From contig OZ242374.1 of NCBI GenBank assembly GCA_965209055.1, positions 5,984,001-6,048,000 on the forward strand: a stretch of 64,000 bases of DNA, in the 5' to 3' direction. This document shows positions 38,847 to 47,955 of this stretch, piece after piece. Source of the DNA: Acidobacteriota bacterium. Its GTDB lineage: Bacteria; Acidobacteriota; UBA6911; RPQK01; JAJDTT01. Numbering within the stretch: position 1 is the first letter of the stretch; each line of letters starts with the position of its first letter. A model generated the notes under the pieces. That model saw only the letters and a list, made by a program, of their open reading frames with translations. It had not been told where the DNA came from and made no database searches. Made by a program: the position numbers and the translations under genes.

Positions 38847-40865
38847 ATGGAAGGATTTCTAACATCGGTCCATCGCCGATGTATCTTCGCAGCCGGACTT
38901 CTCCTGCCGGCATGCCTGCTTCTGATTGTTTTCGCGGGATGTCGGCCCCATCCGCCGACGACCCTTTCCGTTGAAGTGAGTCCGGATCGTTTTCGGGTAG
39001 ACGACGAAGGCCGTTTGCTTTTTCGCATCCGGGTCAAGGAGGGCAAGCTGTCGTCCGGTTCCCGCATCAGCCTGGCTCTGCCGGGGAGTTGGACATGGCA
39101 CACCATCCGCCCCACCCGGAGAGAGGACGGCAAACTGGGTCCGACCCTGCGGGTTCCAAGCCAGGGGTTGATGGAATACTTCGCTCTGCTGCCTACGGGG
39201 AGAGCGGACCGGTGGCGGCTGGAAGTCCTTGAGGAGCACCACGACGGGACCTATCACCGCTTCGACCGCCGGTTGGTGCTGACGTGCCTTGCGGGCGAAC
39301 TTGGGGCCGGCCAGGAGATCACGCTCCAGTACGGCACCGCCGCCCGCCCGATCCGGACCTCGCGCCTGGCCGAGACCGTCCCGATCCCGGTCCGGTTCGA
39401 CCTCGGCGACGGCCGATGGCGCGAGCTCCACGATCCCCCTCGGTTGACGACGTTCGCCGGCGCCTTCCATACCATTCTCATCACGGCGGACTCGGTGGGG
39501 ACCGTGGGCCAACCGGTCGACGTCCATGTCACGGCGCGGGACCGGCTGGGCAATACAGCCGAGTTGCCGAGTGGTCTTGAACTCCGTTCCTCCGACCCCG
39601 GAATGCAGCCCTTGAGCCTCAACACGGAGGGCGCCGTCTGGAAGGGACAGGCGCGCTTCACGACTCCTGGATTCCAGACGCTGGAGGTGGGCAACGGCGC
39701 CGTCGGGCTCCATCGGTCCAATCCGATTCGGGTGACCGAAGAAGACGCGCCCCTGAAACTCTACTGGGGCGATCTGCATTCCCACTCCACCATGAGCAAG
39801 GACGCCATGGGAGTCGACCCGTTCACCTTCGCCCGGGATCAGGCGAACCTGGACTTCTTCGCTTCTTCGGAGCACTCCTCGGGAGACCGGCGGGACGAGG
39901 GAATCACCGACTCGGAATGGCGGGCGATCCAGGCGAACGTCCGGTCCTTCTACGATCCGGGACGTTTCGTGACGCTGCTGGGCTACGAGTGTTCCCTGCC
40001 CGCTCCGTTCGGTCATCACAACGTCTATTTCGCGGATGACGAGGCTCCCCTCTATCGGAAGCTGGAGGTGAAGACCCTGGAGGAGTTGTGGCGCCGGCTT
40101 TCCTCGCACCGGGCGTTCACGGTTCCTCATCATACTGGCGTCCACTGGGCCGCCGCGGTCTTGGACCGGGACCACTCCCTGCGTCCCCTCTTCGAGATCT
40201 TCTCGGTTCATGGACAGAGCGAACTCTTCGAACCGGAACATCCGCTGAGCTACGATCAACTGGTCGGCATGGCGCCGTACGGGACCTATCCCATCGGCAG
40301 CGAGCTGGTTCCCGAAGAGCATCGGGGCATGGTCCCCATCTCCAACAGCGCCCAAGGCCCTCACTATGCCCGGGACGCCTGGGCCGCCGGTTTGAAACTG
40401 GGGACGATCGCGGCGTCCGACGATCACACCGCTCGTCCGGGTCAGCCCTATTGGGGACTCGCGGCCGTCTGGGCGGAGCGGCTGGACCGCGAAACCATCT
40501 TCCAGGCGCTTGCGAAGCGGCAGACCTACGCCACGACCGGCCAGCGGATCTACCTGGACTTTCGAATCAACGGCGGGATGCCCGGGACGATGGTCACGAC
40601 CGGCGGACCGCCCCGGATTGAACTCGAGGTCCACGGCACGGATGACATCGCCTGGGTCGAGCTGGCCGCCTTCGACCGCCGCCGGGAAGCGTATTCCCTG
40701 GTGAAGAGATGGACACCCCGCGGCTCCCGCCTGCGGGAATCCTTGACCGACGAGGGATATTCGGACCGGGCGTTCTATTACGTCCGGGTGCGGCAGCGCG
40801 GGCTGGTGGAGCACCGGGCCGTCATGGCCTGGTCCAGTCCCATCTGGATCGAGAGTGGCCCCTGA
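38847..40865 (+). CDS. DUF3604 / PHP-like metallohydrolase lipoprotein
   Basis: FAGC lipobox; YWGDLHSHS, SEH, GYE, HHNVYF, PHH, ASDDH, RQTYATTG, AWSSPIW. Confidence 0.8.
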   Translation: MEGFLTSVHRRCIFAAGLLLPACLLLIVFAGCRPHPPTTLSVEVSPDRFRVDDEGRLLFRIRVKEGKLSSGSRISLALPGSWTWHTIRPTRREDGKLGPTLRVPSQGLMEYFALLPTGRADRWRLEVLEEHHDGTYHRFDRRLVLTCLAGELGAGQEITLQYGTAARPIRTSRLAETVPIPVRFDLGDGRWRELHDPPRLTTFAGAFHTILITADSVGTVGQPVDVHVTARDRLGNTAELPSGLELRSSDPGMQPLSLNTEGAVWKGQARFTTPGFQTLEVGNGAVGLHRSNPIRVTEEDAPLKLYWGDLHSHSTMSKDAMGVDPFTFARDQANLDFFASSEHSSGDRRDEGITDSEWRAIQANVRSFYDPGRFVTLLGYECSLPAPFGHHNVYFADDEAPLYRKLEVKTLEELWRRLSSHRAFTVPHHTGVHWAAAVLDRDHSLRPLFEIFSVHGQSELFEPEHPLSYDQLVGMAPYGTYPIGSELVPEEHRGMVPISNSAQGPHYARDAWAAGLKLGTIAASDDHTARPGQPYWGLAAVWAERLDRETIFQALAKRQTYATTGQRIYLDFRINGGMPGTMVTTGGPPRIELEVHGTDDIAWVELAAFDRRREAYSLVKRWTPRGSRLRESLTDEGYSDRAFYYVRVRQRGLVEHRAVMAWSSPIWIESGP

Positions 40866-40929
40866 GCCGGCGAAGAAAACCGAATGGAATTGTTATGGAA
40901 GGACTTGCTGCCCCGGAGGAGACCTCAAC

Positions 40930-42844
40930 ATGAAAGAGCCAACGATTGTGATTTCGATGATCGCGCTCTGTGTCGTCAGTTCGGCATTTTCGCAGGGCGC
41001 CAAGACCGGAAAGACCTGGGACGTGGCCGTATTGAAAAATGTCATGATCCCCATGCGGGACGGCGTGAAGCTGGCCACCGACATCTACCTGCCGGCCGAA
41101 AACGGGCAACCCGCCGACGAGAAGTTCCCGGTGGTCATGCAGAGGACTCCCTACGACAAGGAAGGAAATTTCTTCAAGGAGGCGGCCGAGTTCTATGCCC
41201 GCAACGGCTATGTCTCGGTGATCCAGGACTGCCGCGGCCGTTTCCAGTCCGAGGGGGTGTTCTTTCCCTTCGTCGACGACCCCGAGGACGGCTACGACAC
41301 GGTGGAATGGATGGCGAAGCACCCGTCCAGCAACGGCAGGGTCGGCACCTACGGAGTCTCCTACATGGCCTGGGGCCTGGGTCCAATTCCATCTGGCCGC
41401 TCTGAATCCACCCAGCCTGGTGACCATGATCCCCATGGAGGGTCCCATCAACGCCTACCACTACAGCATGCGCTCAGGCGGCGCCCTGCACCTGGGGCTC
41501 CTGCAGTGGATCGTGGCGGTGGCCGCCAGCAGCCAGGAAGCGAAGGACAAGCCCTTCATCGCCGAACCCATCATGACCATGAGGACCGGGCAGAACTTCC
41601 TGGACTGGGCCTCCCGCATCCCCTGGCGGCGGGGACAGACTCCCCTCGGCCTGACACCGCAGTATGAGAACGCGGCGTTCAAGCTCTACTTCGACAACAA
41701 CGAATACACCGACTTCTGGCGCCAGCCGGGCCTGGGAATGGACGAGTACTTCGAGGACTACCCCAAGATGCCCATCCTGTGGGTGGTCGGCTGGTACGAC
41801 TGGTACCCGAGAACCATCAGCGACGGCTACCAGAAAATGGTCCAACTGGGACGCGAGAACCAGTATCTGTTGATCGGACCCTGGACCCACAACAACTTCG
41901 ACACATCCCAGGGAGACCTCAATTTCGGCAACCGGGGGGACGGCATCGACACCTACGACAAGTTCCGCCAGTTGGAGCTGAAATGGTTCGACCGCTGGAT
42001 GAAGGACGACGAGAGCGTCGACCTGGGGAAGCCGATCCAGGTGTTCGTCATGGGCGGTGGAGATGGCCGGAAGGCTCCGGACGGCCGCCTGAATCACGGC
42101 GGCGAATGGCACTACACGGGCCAGTGGCCTCCGGAGGGAGTCCGGCCCACGAAGTTCTTTCTGCACGCGAACGGAAGCCTGTCGGATGAGAAGCCGGCTG
42201 CCTCAGGCTCATCCACCACCTACACCTACGATCCCAACGATACGGTCTCCAGCAACGGCCGCTGCATCATCTCCTACGGTCCGGCGCTCAAGCTGGGCTT
42301 TCGGGGCATGGGTCCCCGCGACCAGATCGAGCTGGAGAGCCTGCCGGGACACGGCATTCCGGGTTTGCCCATCTCCTCGCGCCCGGACGTTCTCGTCTAC
42401 CAGACCGCTCCCTTGGCCGGGGACGTTCGGATCGCGGGCAACGTCAAGGCGGTGCTCTGGGTCTCCTCCGATGCCCCCGACACCGACTTCTACGTCAAGC
42501 TGGTCGACCTCTATCCGCCCAGTGCGGACTACCCGGCCGGATATGGCGTGCCCGTGTCGGAGGGGATCTTGCGCGCGCGGTACCGGGAGAGTTTCGAAAA
42601 ATCGGTCCTCATGGAGGAGGGGAAGAAATACCGGCTCGAATTTCCGCTGCAGCCGGCGGCCAACATCTTCAAGGCGAACCACCGGATTCAGATCCACGTC
42701 GCCAGCAGCAACTTTCCCAACTTCGATATCAATCGGAATACCGGCAACCCGCACGACCGGGGATGGCGCGTCGCCAACAATACCGTCTATCACCAGGCGG
42801 AGAACGCATCCTTCATCGAATTGCCGCTCTATCCGGTGAAGTAA
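40930..42844 (+). pseudogene. CocE/NonD hydrolase frameshifted by a 7-bp duplication
   Basis: GGAGGA RBS, ATG 40930. GGCCTGG is tandemly repeated (41367-41373, 41374-41380); removing one copy joins GVSYMAW to VQFHLAALNPPSLVTMIP in frame with ORF 41420-42844. Confidence 0.88.
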
Positions 42845-42851
42845 TGGAGGG

Positions 42852-42865
42852 GGGACTGTTAGTCC
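42852..42865 (+). repeat. attL core GGGACTGTTAGTCC
   Basis: Identical to 63283-63296. Confidence 0.88.
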
Positions 42866-42893
42866 GGCGCTCTGCCCAACTGAGATACGGGAT
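42855..42893 (-). other. Degenerate tRNA-like 5' half in island left arm (not a complete tRNA)
   Basis: Minus strand ATCCCG-TA-TCTC-AGTTGGGCA-GAGC-G-CCGGA-CTAACAG-T: D-arm plus 5' anticodon stem and 7-nt loop spacing; no T-arm nearby. Confidence 0.6.
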
Positions 42894-42932
42894 TTATCCT
42901 TTATTTTCAATAGTTTAGACCGATTCTCCCCT

Positions 42933-44027
42933 CTAATTGTTCCTCCTATTTCCTGCCCGTTGCCTGTTTGTTTCCGGTTGCGTTTGTGAGTCTTCGTTAG
43001 CCTGTGCCTCCCGAATGCTGGCCAGCGCGTGGGAACTGACGTACCCGGCGTAGCGCATCGTCGTGCTGATGGCCGAGTGCCCCATCAGCTTCTGCACCGT
43101 CCTCACGTCCACCCCCTGCATCAGCCAATGGCTGCACCGGAATCGTCTCAGGTCGTGAAATCCGACCTTCAACCCCACTCGCTCGGCGGCTCGACGTAGC
43201 GGCTTGTCCGGATTCACCCATCTCGTCCCTGTCCGGATGTTGACGAAGACGTAAGGGGTGTTCAGGTAGCGAACCAGCCGGACCAGATATCCGGTGGCGT
43301 ACTTCGACAGCGGAATCTCCCTCGGCTCGTCGTTCTTGGTGAATTCCACCCATAGCAGCCTCCGGGTTAGGTCCACCCGATTCCAGGTGAGCGACAACGC
43401 TTCGCCTTTCCGTATCCCCGTCTCGCCGATCACCGCAATCATGGCTTGCAGGTAAGGATTGTCCACCGCCTCGACCAGGTCGCGGAACTGTTGAACCGTC
43501 AAAGGCCGGAAGACCTTCTTGGGTTCTTTGAGTTTGGGGAACCTCACCAGCGGGTGCGTGTCCACTTCCCCGCACTCCAGCGCGTAGGAAAACAGCTTGC
43601 TGATGGCGGCAATGTCGCGGTTCACCGTGGCCGGTTGCACCTGCTTCTTCCTCTGGGCGACGTAGCGGTACAGGTCCTTGCGTTGGAACTCCTTCAGGGG
43701 AATGTTCCCCAGCATGGCGTTGAGACTCTTGAACGAGAGCGCATAGCGACGCCGGGAGCGCATGCGAGGTTTGCAGTACTCCTCGAAGAAACGCTCGTAG
43801 AAGCTCCGGACCGTCCAGATCTTGCGGTTCCCGCCGACAAGCTCCTCCTTGAGCTGCTTCCAGGTGCCATCCAGGATGCTCGACTCGATTCGTGTTTGAA
43901 GCGCCTGTGCGCTCCGGTAGTTGGGGGCGTACATTCGAAGCCGACCGGATCCGTTCGGCCAGTACTTGCTGACGACGAAACGTCGTCTCCCCCGGCGATC
44001 CTTCACCTTGTAGATGCCCATATGCAT
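42933..44027 (-). CDS. Tyrosine recombinase / phage-type integrase
   Basis: ATVNRD, ETGIRKGEA (R), TKN (K), FHDLRR (HxxR), LMGHS, TTMRY (Y); RBS AAAGGAGG (start 44027 or 44021). Confidence 0.95.
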   Translation of the reverse strand: MHMGIYKVKDRRGRRRFVVSKYWPNGSGRLRMYAPNYRSAQALQTRIESSILDGTWKQLKEELVGGNRKIWTVRSFYERFFEEYCKPRMRSRRRYALSFKSLNAMLGNIPLKEFQRKDLYRYVAQRKKQVQPATVNRDIAAISKLFSYALECGEVDTHPLVRFPKLKEPKKVFRPLTVQQFRDLVEAVDNPYLQAMIAVIGETGIRKGEALSLTWNRVDLTRRLLWVEFTKNDEPREIPLSKYATGYLVRLVRYLNTPYVFVNIRTGTRWVNPDKPLRRAAERVGLKVGFHDLRRFRCSHWLMQGVDVRTVQKLMGHSAISTTMRYAGYVSSHALASIREAQANEDSQTQPETNRQRAGNRRNN

Positions 44028-44341
44028 CTCCTCCTTTCTGGATCCGGGTTCTTCGCCGTGAGGAGAATCCTACCACGGCTCCAAGAGAATCAGCATAGGC
44101 GTTCAAGTCTTCCAAGGCGAAGACGCGGTGGCCGGCGGGGTCAATCTGGACCGTGGACCGGTTGCAGCCCGTGTGTTAGGGGTGACCTGTCCCTGGTAGC
44201 TTGAAATCCCTGGAACTTGGAAAATCCATCTGCCATCATGAGAGCCTAATGGGCTGTCACGGTGATGGAAACAAAGCAGTGACTGCGGCCGCAATCCCAT
44301 TGGATCTTCCATAGAAGGCGGCTTTTGGGTGTGGAGGAAAA

Positions 44342-44710
44342 ATGCGCCTGAATTGGATCAAATGTGTGGAAGACAAGTGGTGCCCGTTTCTTACAGTGAA
44401 TCTTGATCATCCTCACTTTGACGGTCTCGGTGGCGTCTACGTCATCTGGCACGGAGGTAATGGCTGGCACGGAGGCAGCGACCCGTGGACGGTTTACGTG
44501 GGGAGTGGACATATTTCCGCTCGTCTCGCGGAACATCGAACGAACCCAAACCTTCTCAAGTATTCCGACCGAGGGCTCTTTGTTACTTGGGCAATGGTCG
44601 CCCCGGAAAGTCAGAGGGGTGTAGAGGCGTATCTGGGTGATGAACTGGGCCCGCTGGAGTCCATTCGTCTTCCTGACGCTACTCCTATTCCTGTCAATCT
44701 TCCGTGGTAG
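44342..44710 (+). CDS. Small GIY-YIG-like nuclease
   Basis: GGAGGA RBS; GVYVIW...VYVGSG..I..RL..H...VE pattern. Confidence 0.7.
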   Translation: MRLNWIKCVEDKWCPFLTVNLDHPHFDGLGGVYVIWHGGNGWHGGSDPWTVYVGSGHISARLAEHRTNPNLLKYSDRGLFVTWAMVAPESQRGVEAYLGDELGPLESIRLPDATPIPVNLPW

Positions 44711-44720
44711 ACCGTTTCGC

Positions 44721-45059
44721 ATGGGACCTGGACAAGACCCCAAGGTAGTTACTCACCCAGCTCCAACAATAGTAATCTACCAAGTCACCGATGAAACGCT
44801 CCAAAGAATTGAAGAAGGAGTCTCCCAAGCGGGACCTAGTTCAACACTTGCAGGAACGACCTTGACCATCTTCGTAGCTCTCTGCATCGCAATTGCCACC
44901 ACGAGTCCTTCACCTTTTTGGCGAACACTTTTCATCATCGGCATATCTATTTCGGGCATCCTTTGCGTTGTGGGGTTTTCGCAATGGAGGCGTAGTCGCA
45001 AGACTGTTCATCAAGTCATTGAAAGAATCCGGGAACGAAAAGACGACCCCAACGCTTGA
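44721..45059 (+). CDS. Hypothetical 2-TM membrane protein
   Basis: Starts 10 bp after the GIY-YIG stop; two hydrophobic helices then basic WRRSRK..IERIRER tail. Confidence 0.7.
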   Translation: MGPGQDPKVVTHPAPTIVIYQVTDETLQRIEEGVSQAGPSSTLAGTTLTIFVALCIAIATTSPSPFWRTLFIIGISISGILCVVGFSQWRRSRKTVHQVIERIRERKDDPNA

Positions 45060-45580
45060 TGGAGACTCATGGTCGTTGTTCTTTCCCAGATTGGAGCGAT
45101 TGTTATTTGGGTCCTCTTGTTGAAGTCCTGAACCAAGCACCCCCTCCACCTCTGATTCCGCTGGCCCTGCTTGGTCCCAGCCACATCCATCTAACCCTGA
45201 AGTGTACCCCAGTGATGGAGGCGGGTCTGTCCGAATTGCTCCCGGTTTCAAATCAGGACACTACGCTTTTCTGCAACCTGCAAGGCGCGTAGCGCGCGGA
45301 CCGGCACCATTGTCGCCGGGTCCCATTCGGGATAGAGTCTGCAATGATGACCGTGCTTCCGGCCTGCTGCCCCGCTCCGGTCGCTCCATTCTTTTCGCGG
45401 GACGGCAGCCGAACCGGAACATTTTGATCCCGGTTGACAATGAAACAGAACGTATGCGTTTTGCCCTCGCGATGGTGTGCGTGCTGACACTGTTGAGTTA
45501 CCCACGCCGGGAGAACCGAGGAAGACGACCTTGTTCCCTGAAGGCTGTAGAATCCGACAACACCTGTCCTGAAGGAAAGC

Positions 45581-46423
45581 ATGCCGCATACTGTTTGTGA
45601 CCTCCGCTCTTGGGAGGAGTTAGAGGAGGAACTGAAAAAACTCCAGGAGCACTCGCTTGAACAGCGCCACTCAGCACCCCTGACGTTTCTGTATCGTGGG
45701 CAGGAAAACTCTTGCTGGCCCGTAAAGACAACGCTTGAACGATGGGCGGAGGGGCGAGAGGTTTCGTTCCGGCGATACTATGAGTTCATTTACCGAGTAA
45801 AGCCAGAGCTTGAGAGCTTCACCGAAGAGCGTTGGGATATCCCGGACCCCCAAGAGGTAGAACGCCTGACAAAACGTCGCGAGCCTTTTTCTTGCGATAC
45901 GGCGAAAGCCTTCAAAACTTGGGGGCTAGTTGGGAGCTACATGGTGCACTTGCGCCACCATGGGTTTCCCTCACCTTTCCTCGATTGGACTCGTTCACCC
46001 TATGTTGCGTCCTTTTTTGCTTTCCGGCAACCGATCAGGGATGCGAAAAAGGTGTCTCTTATCGTTTATCGAGAAATGCGAAATCCATCCGAGCATCCCA
46101 AGGTCTACTCTAGTGACTGGCCGGAAATATACATCCTGCCAAAGCTATACTCACCAACGCACCGAAGGCACTTCCTTCAGCAGGCGGAGTACACATTTTG
46201 CGTACAAAATAAGAAGAGCAAATGGCACTTTGGGCCACATGAGAGTGCACTCGGGCGGGGCGATTCCAATGTAGACGTCATTTGGAAGTTCAATCTCCCC
46301 GTAACCGAACGCCTGAAGGTTTTGAAGTTACTTGACAGGTCTAACATGAATGCGTTCTCGCTGTTTCAGTCTGAGGAAAGCCTAATGGAGACTGTGGCGT
46401 TTCGAGAACTGGATTGGCTGTAG
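45581..46423 (+). CDS. FRG domain protein
   Basis: FLYRGQ..W..KTTLER, LRHHGFPSPFLDWTRSPYVASFFA, R..QQA.Y, L...NMNAFSLF. Confidence 0.85.
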   Translation: MPHTVCDLRSWEELEEELKKLQEHSLEQRHSAPLTFLYRGQENSCWPVKTTLERWAEGREVSFRRYYEFIYRVKPELESFTEERWDIPDPQEVERLTKRREPFSCDTAKAFKTWGLVGSYMVHLRHHGFPSPFLDWTRSPYVASFFAFRQPIRDAKKVSLIVYREMRNPSEHPKVYSSDWPEIYILPKLYSPTHRRHFLQQAEYTFCVQNKKSKWHFGPHESALGRGDSNVDVIWKFNLPVTERLKVLKLLDRSNMNAFSLFQSEESLMETVAFRELDWL

Positions 46424-46695
46424 TTTCCATGGAAGCGTGGCGCTCACGGGGCCAGGGACAAGGATCAGCATCGAGCCACACGGAAACACGGGTCAGAAGA
46501 ATTTCACCCGGGATGTTGGCAAGTCCCCATTCGGTTCTGCCAAGTCGACACAGTGCCCTATTGGCACAAGTGCGAGTACTTGAGACACCGACCAGTTTGG
46601 GTGGACACGGACTGCCAAGACAATCCTCCAACAGAATGGCGACGCTTAGAGCTAAGTCGTACGAGGACTGGATTTTGGCATGCACGGTCGGATGG

Positions 46696-46862
46696 TGAAA
46701 GGCAATGAGATCGGGGAAAGCGGATTTGTGAATCACCGGGACCGCCATTTGTGAATCCACCCTGCGTGTCCCATTCACACTCCCGGATCGGCACGAGACC
46801 CCCTTTGCGCCCTGCCGAAACGAGTCCTCGTCAGCCTTTATGCCGGCCAAGTGGCAGTCGCC
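46696..46862 (+). repeat. ~165-bp direct repeat, copy 1
   Basis: ATTTGTGAATCACCGGGACCGC..TTTGTGAATCCACCC..TGTCCCATTCACA..TCCCGGATCGG..GAGACCC..CTGCCGAAAC..TCAGCCTTT..GCCAAGTG, aligns with 57162-57330. Confidence 0.85.
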
Positions 46863-47163
46863 GTCGAGATCGAGCCGAAGGGCGATCCGCGAGTTGAAGG
46901 GTTGCTCCGGCGTCTTCATGTCCCGAACGGTGAAGACGGATCCACCGGCAGGTCAACTGGTAGGAAGAATTCGACCTTCCAAGGCATTCCAAGGAAGCCC
47001 AGAAGCCGTCGCGCCTGCTGACACCGCCGCCTGCGGCGTGTCGAATCCCCCCGGCGGGATTCCCGTGAAGTCTGGTAGAGGGTTCGGGAGGATCGGAGAT
47101 TGAGGGCGGCGGAGTTGCGCACGGACCCCGTCGGCTCACCATCCGGGCAGCCCCGACGAGGGC

Positions 47164-47955
47164 TTACGGGACCGTCTGGGACCTTCCCCATCCCTCGTCA
47201 GCAAGACGGGTGCAGTTTAGCTCCTCGACACGGAGACGCCACTGGGGCATCACCCGGTCCAAGATCTCCCGGAATCGGTCGTTGTGCGTGGGTTCGACGA
47301 GGTGGGCCATCTCGTGCACGACGACGTACTCGATGCAGGAAAGCGGCTTCTTGGCCAGTTCGGAGTTGAGCCAGATGCGGCGGGCCGGAGCGTTGCAGGT
47401 TCCCCAGCGTGTCTTCATGCGCCGGATGCGCCAGTCGGCCACCCGCACCCCGATCCTCGGCTCCCACTTGGCGGTCCACGCCGGGATACGCTCGCGGAGC
47501 CGAGCCCGGTACCATGCGTACAGCATCGCCTCGCGGGAATCGCGACCGGTAGGAGGACGGACCCGCATTTCGATCCAGGCGTTGCCCCTCACCCGCACGC
47601 CGGTCGGGCCGGGCGATTCGATCACGTCCAGCCGGTAGCGCCGGCCCTCGAAGTAGTGACTCTCGCCGGACACGAACTCGCGGCGGGACTGGCGCTCCTG
47701 CTTCAGGAACCCGTCGCGTTTTCGCCGAATCCAGGCCAGCCGCGATATCACCGCCAACCGCACGGCCTCGTCGTCGAGGCGCAACGGGGCGGCAACGCGC
47801 ACCCGTCCCTCCGGGGGGTAGACGCCCAAGTGCAGGTGCTTGATGTCCTTGCGGACGACCTCGACGGAGATGCCACCGACCTCAATGTGCGCGGATAGAA
47901 CCGATCTCCGGGAACTGGCGGGGCGGGAGGTCGGCCCGTGAAAATCAGTATTCAT
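47164..47955 (-). CDS. M48/YgjP-like zinc metalloprotease-domain protein (type I R-M associated)
   Basis: MKTRWGTCN, IWLNSEL, YVVVHEMAHL..HNDRF; overlaps hsdR stop. Confidence 0.88.
   Translation of the reverse strand: MNTDFHGPTSRPASSRRSVLSAHIEVGGISVEVVRKDIKHLHLGVYPPEGRVRVAAPLRLDDEAVRLAVISRLAWIRRKRDGFLKQERQSRREFVSGESHYFEGRRYRLDVIESPGPTGVRVRGNAWIEMRVRPPTGRDSREAMLYAWYRARLRERIPAWTAKWEPRIGVRVADWRIRRMKTRWGTCNAPARRIWLNSELAKKPLSCIEYVVVHEMAHLVEPTHNDRFREILDRVMPQWRLRVEELNCTRLADEGWGRSQTVP

Noticed and set aside
42855-42893. Functional tRNA gene at the integration site
   Set aside because: Only a 5' half with a D-stem mismatch; no GTTCGA T-arm or acceptor 3' strand at either end
42933-46423. Integron with gene cassettes
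   Set aside because: Integrase shows no obvious IntI-specific insertion and I found no attC-like sites between cargo genes
46720-46780. Mini CRISPR array from TTTGTGAATC repeats
   Set aside because: Only two 10-bp units about 23 bp apart per copy; no cas genes in the window
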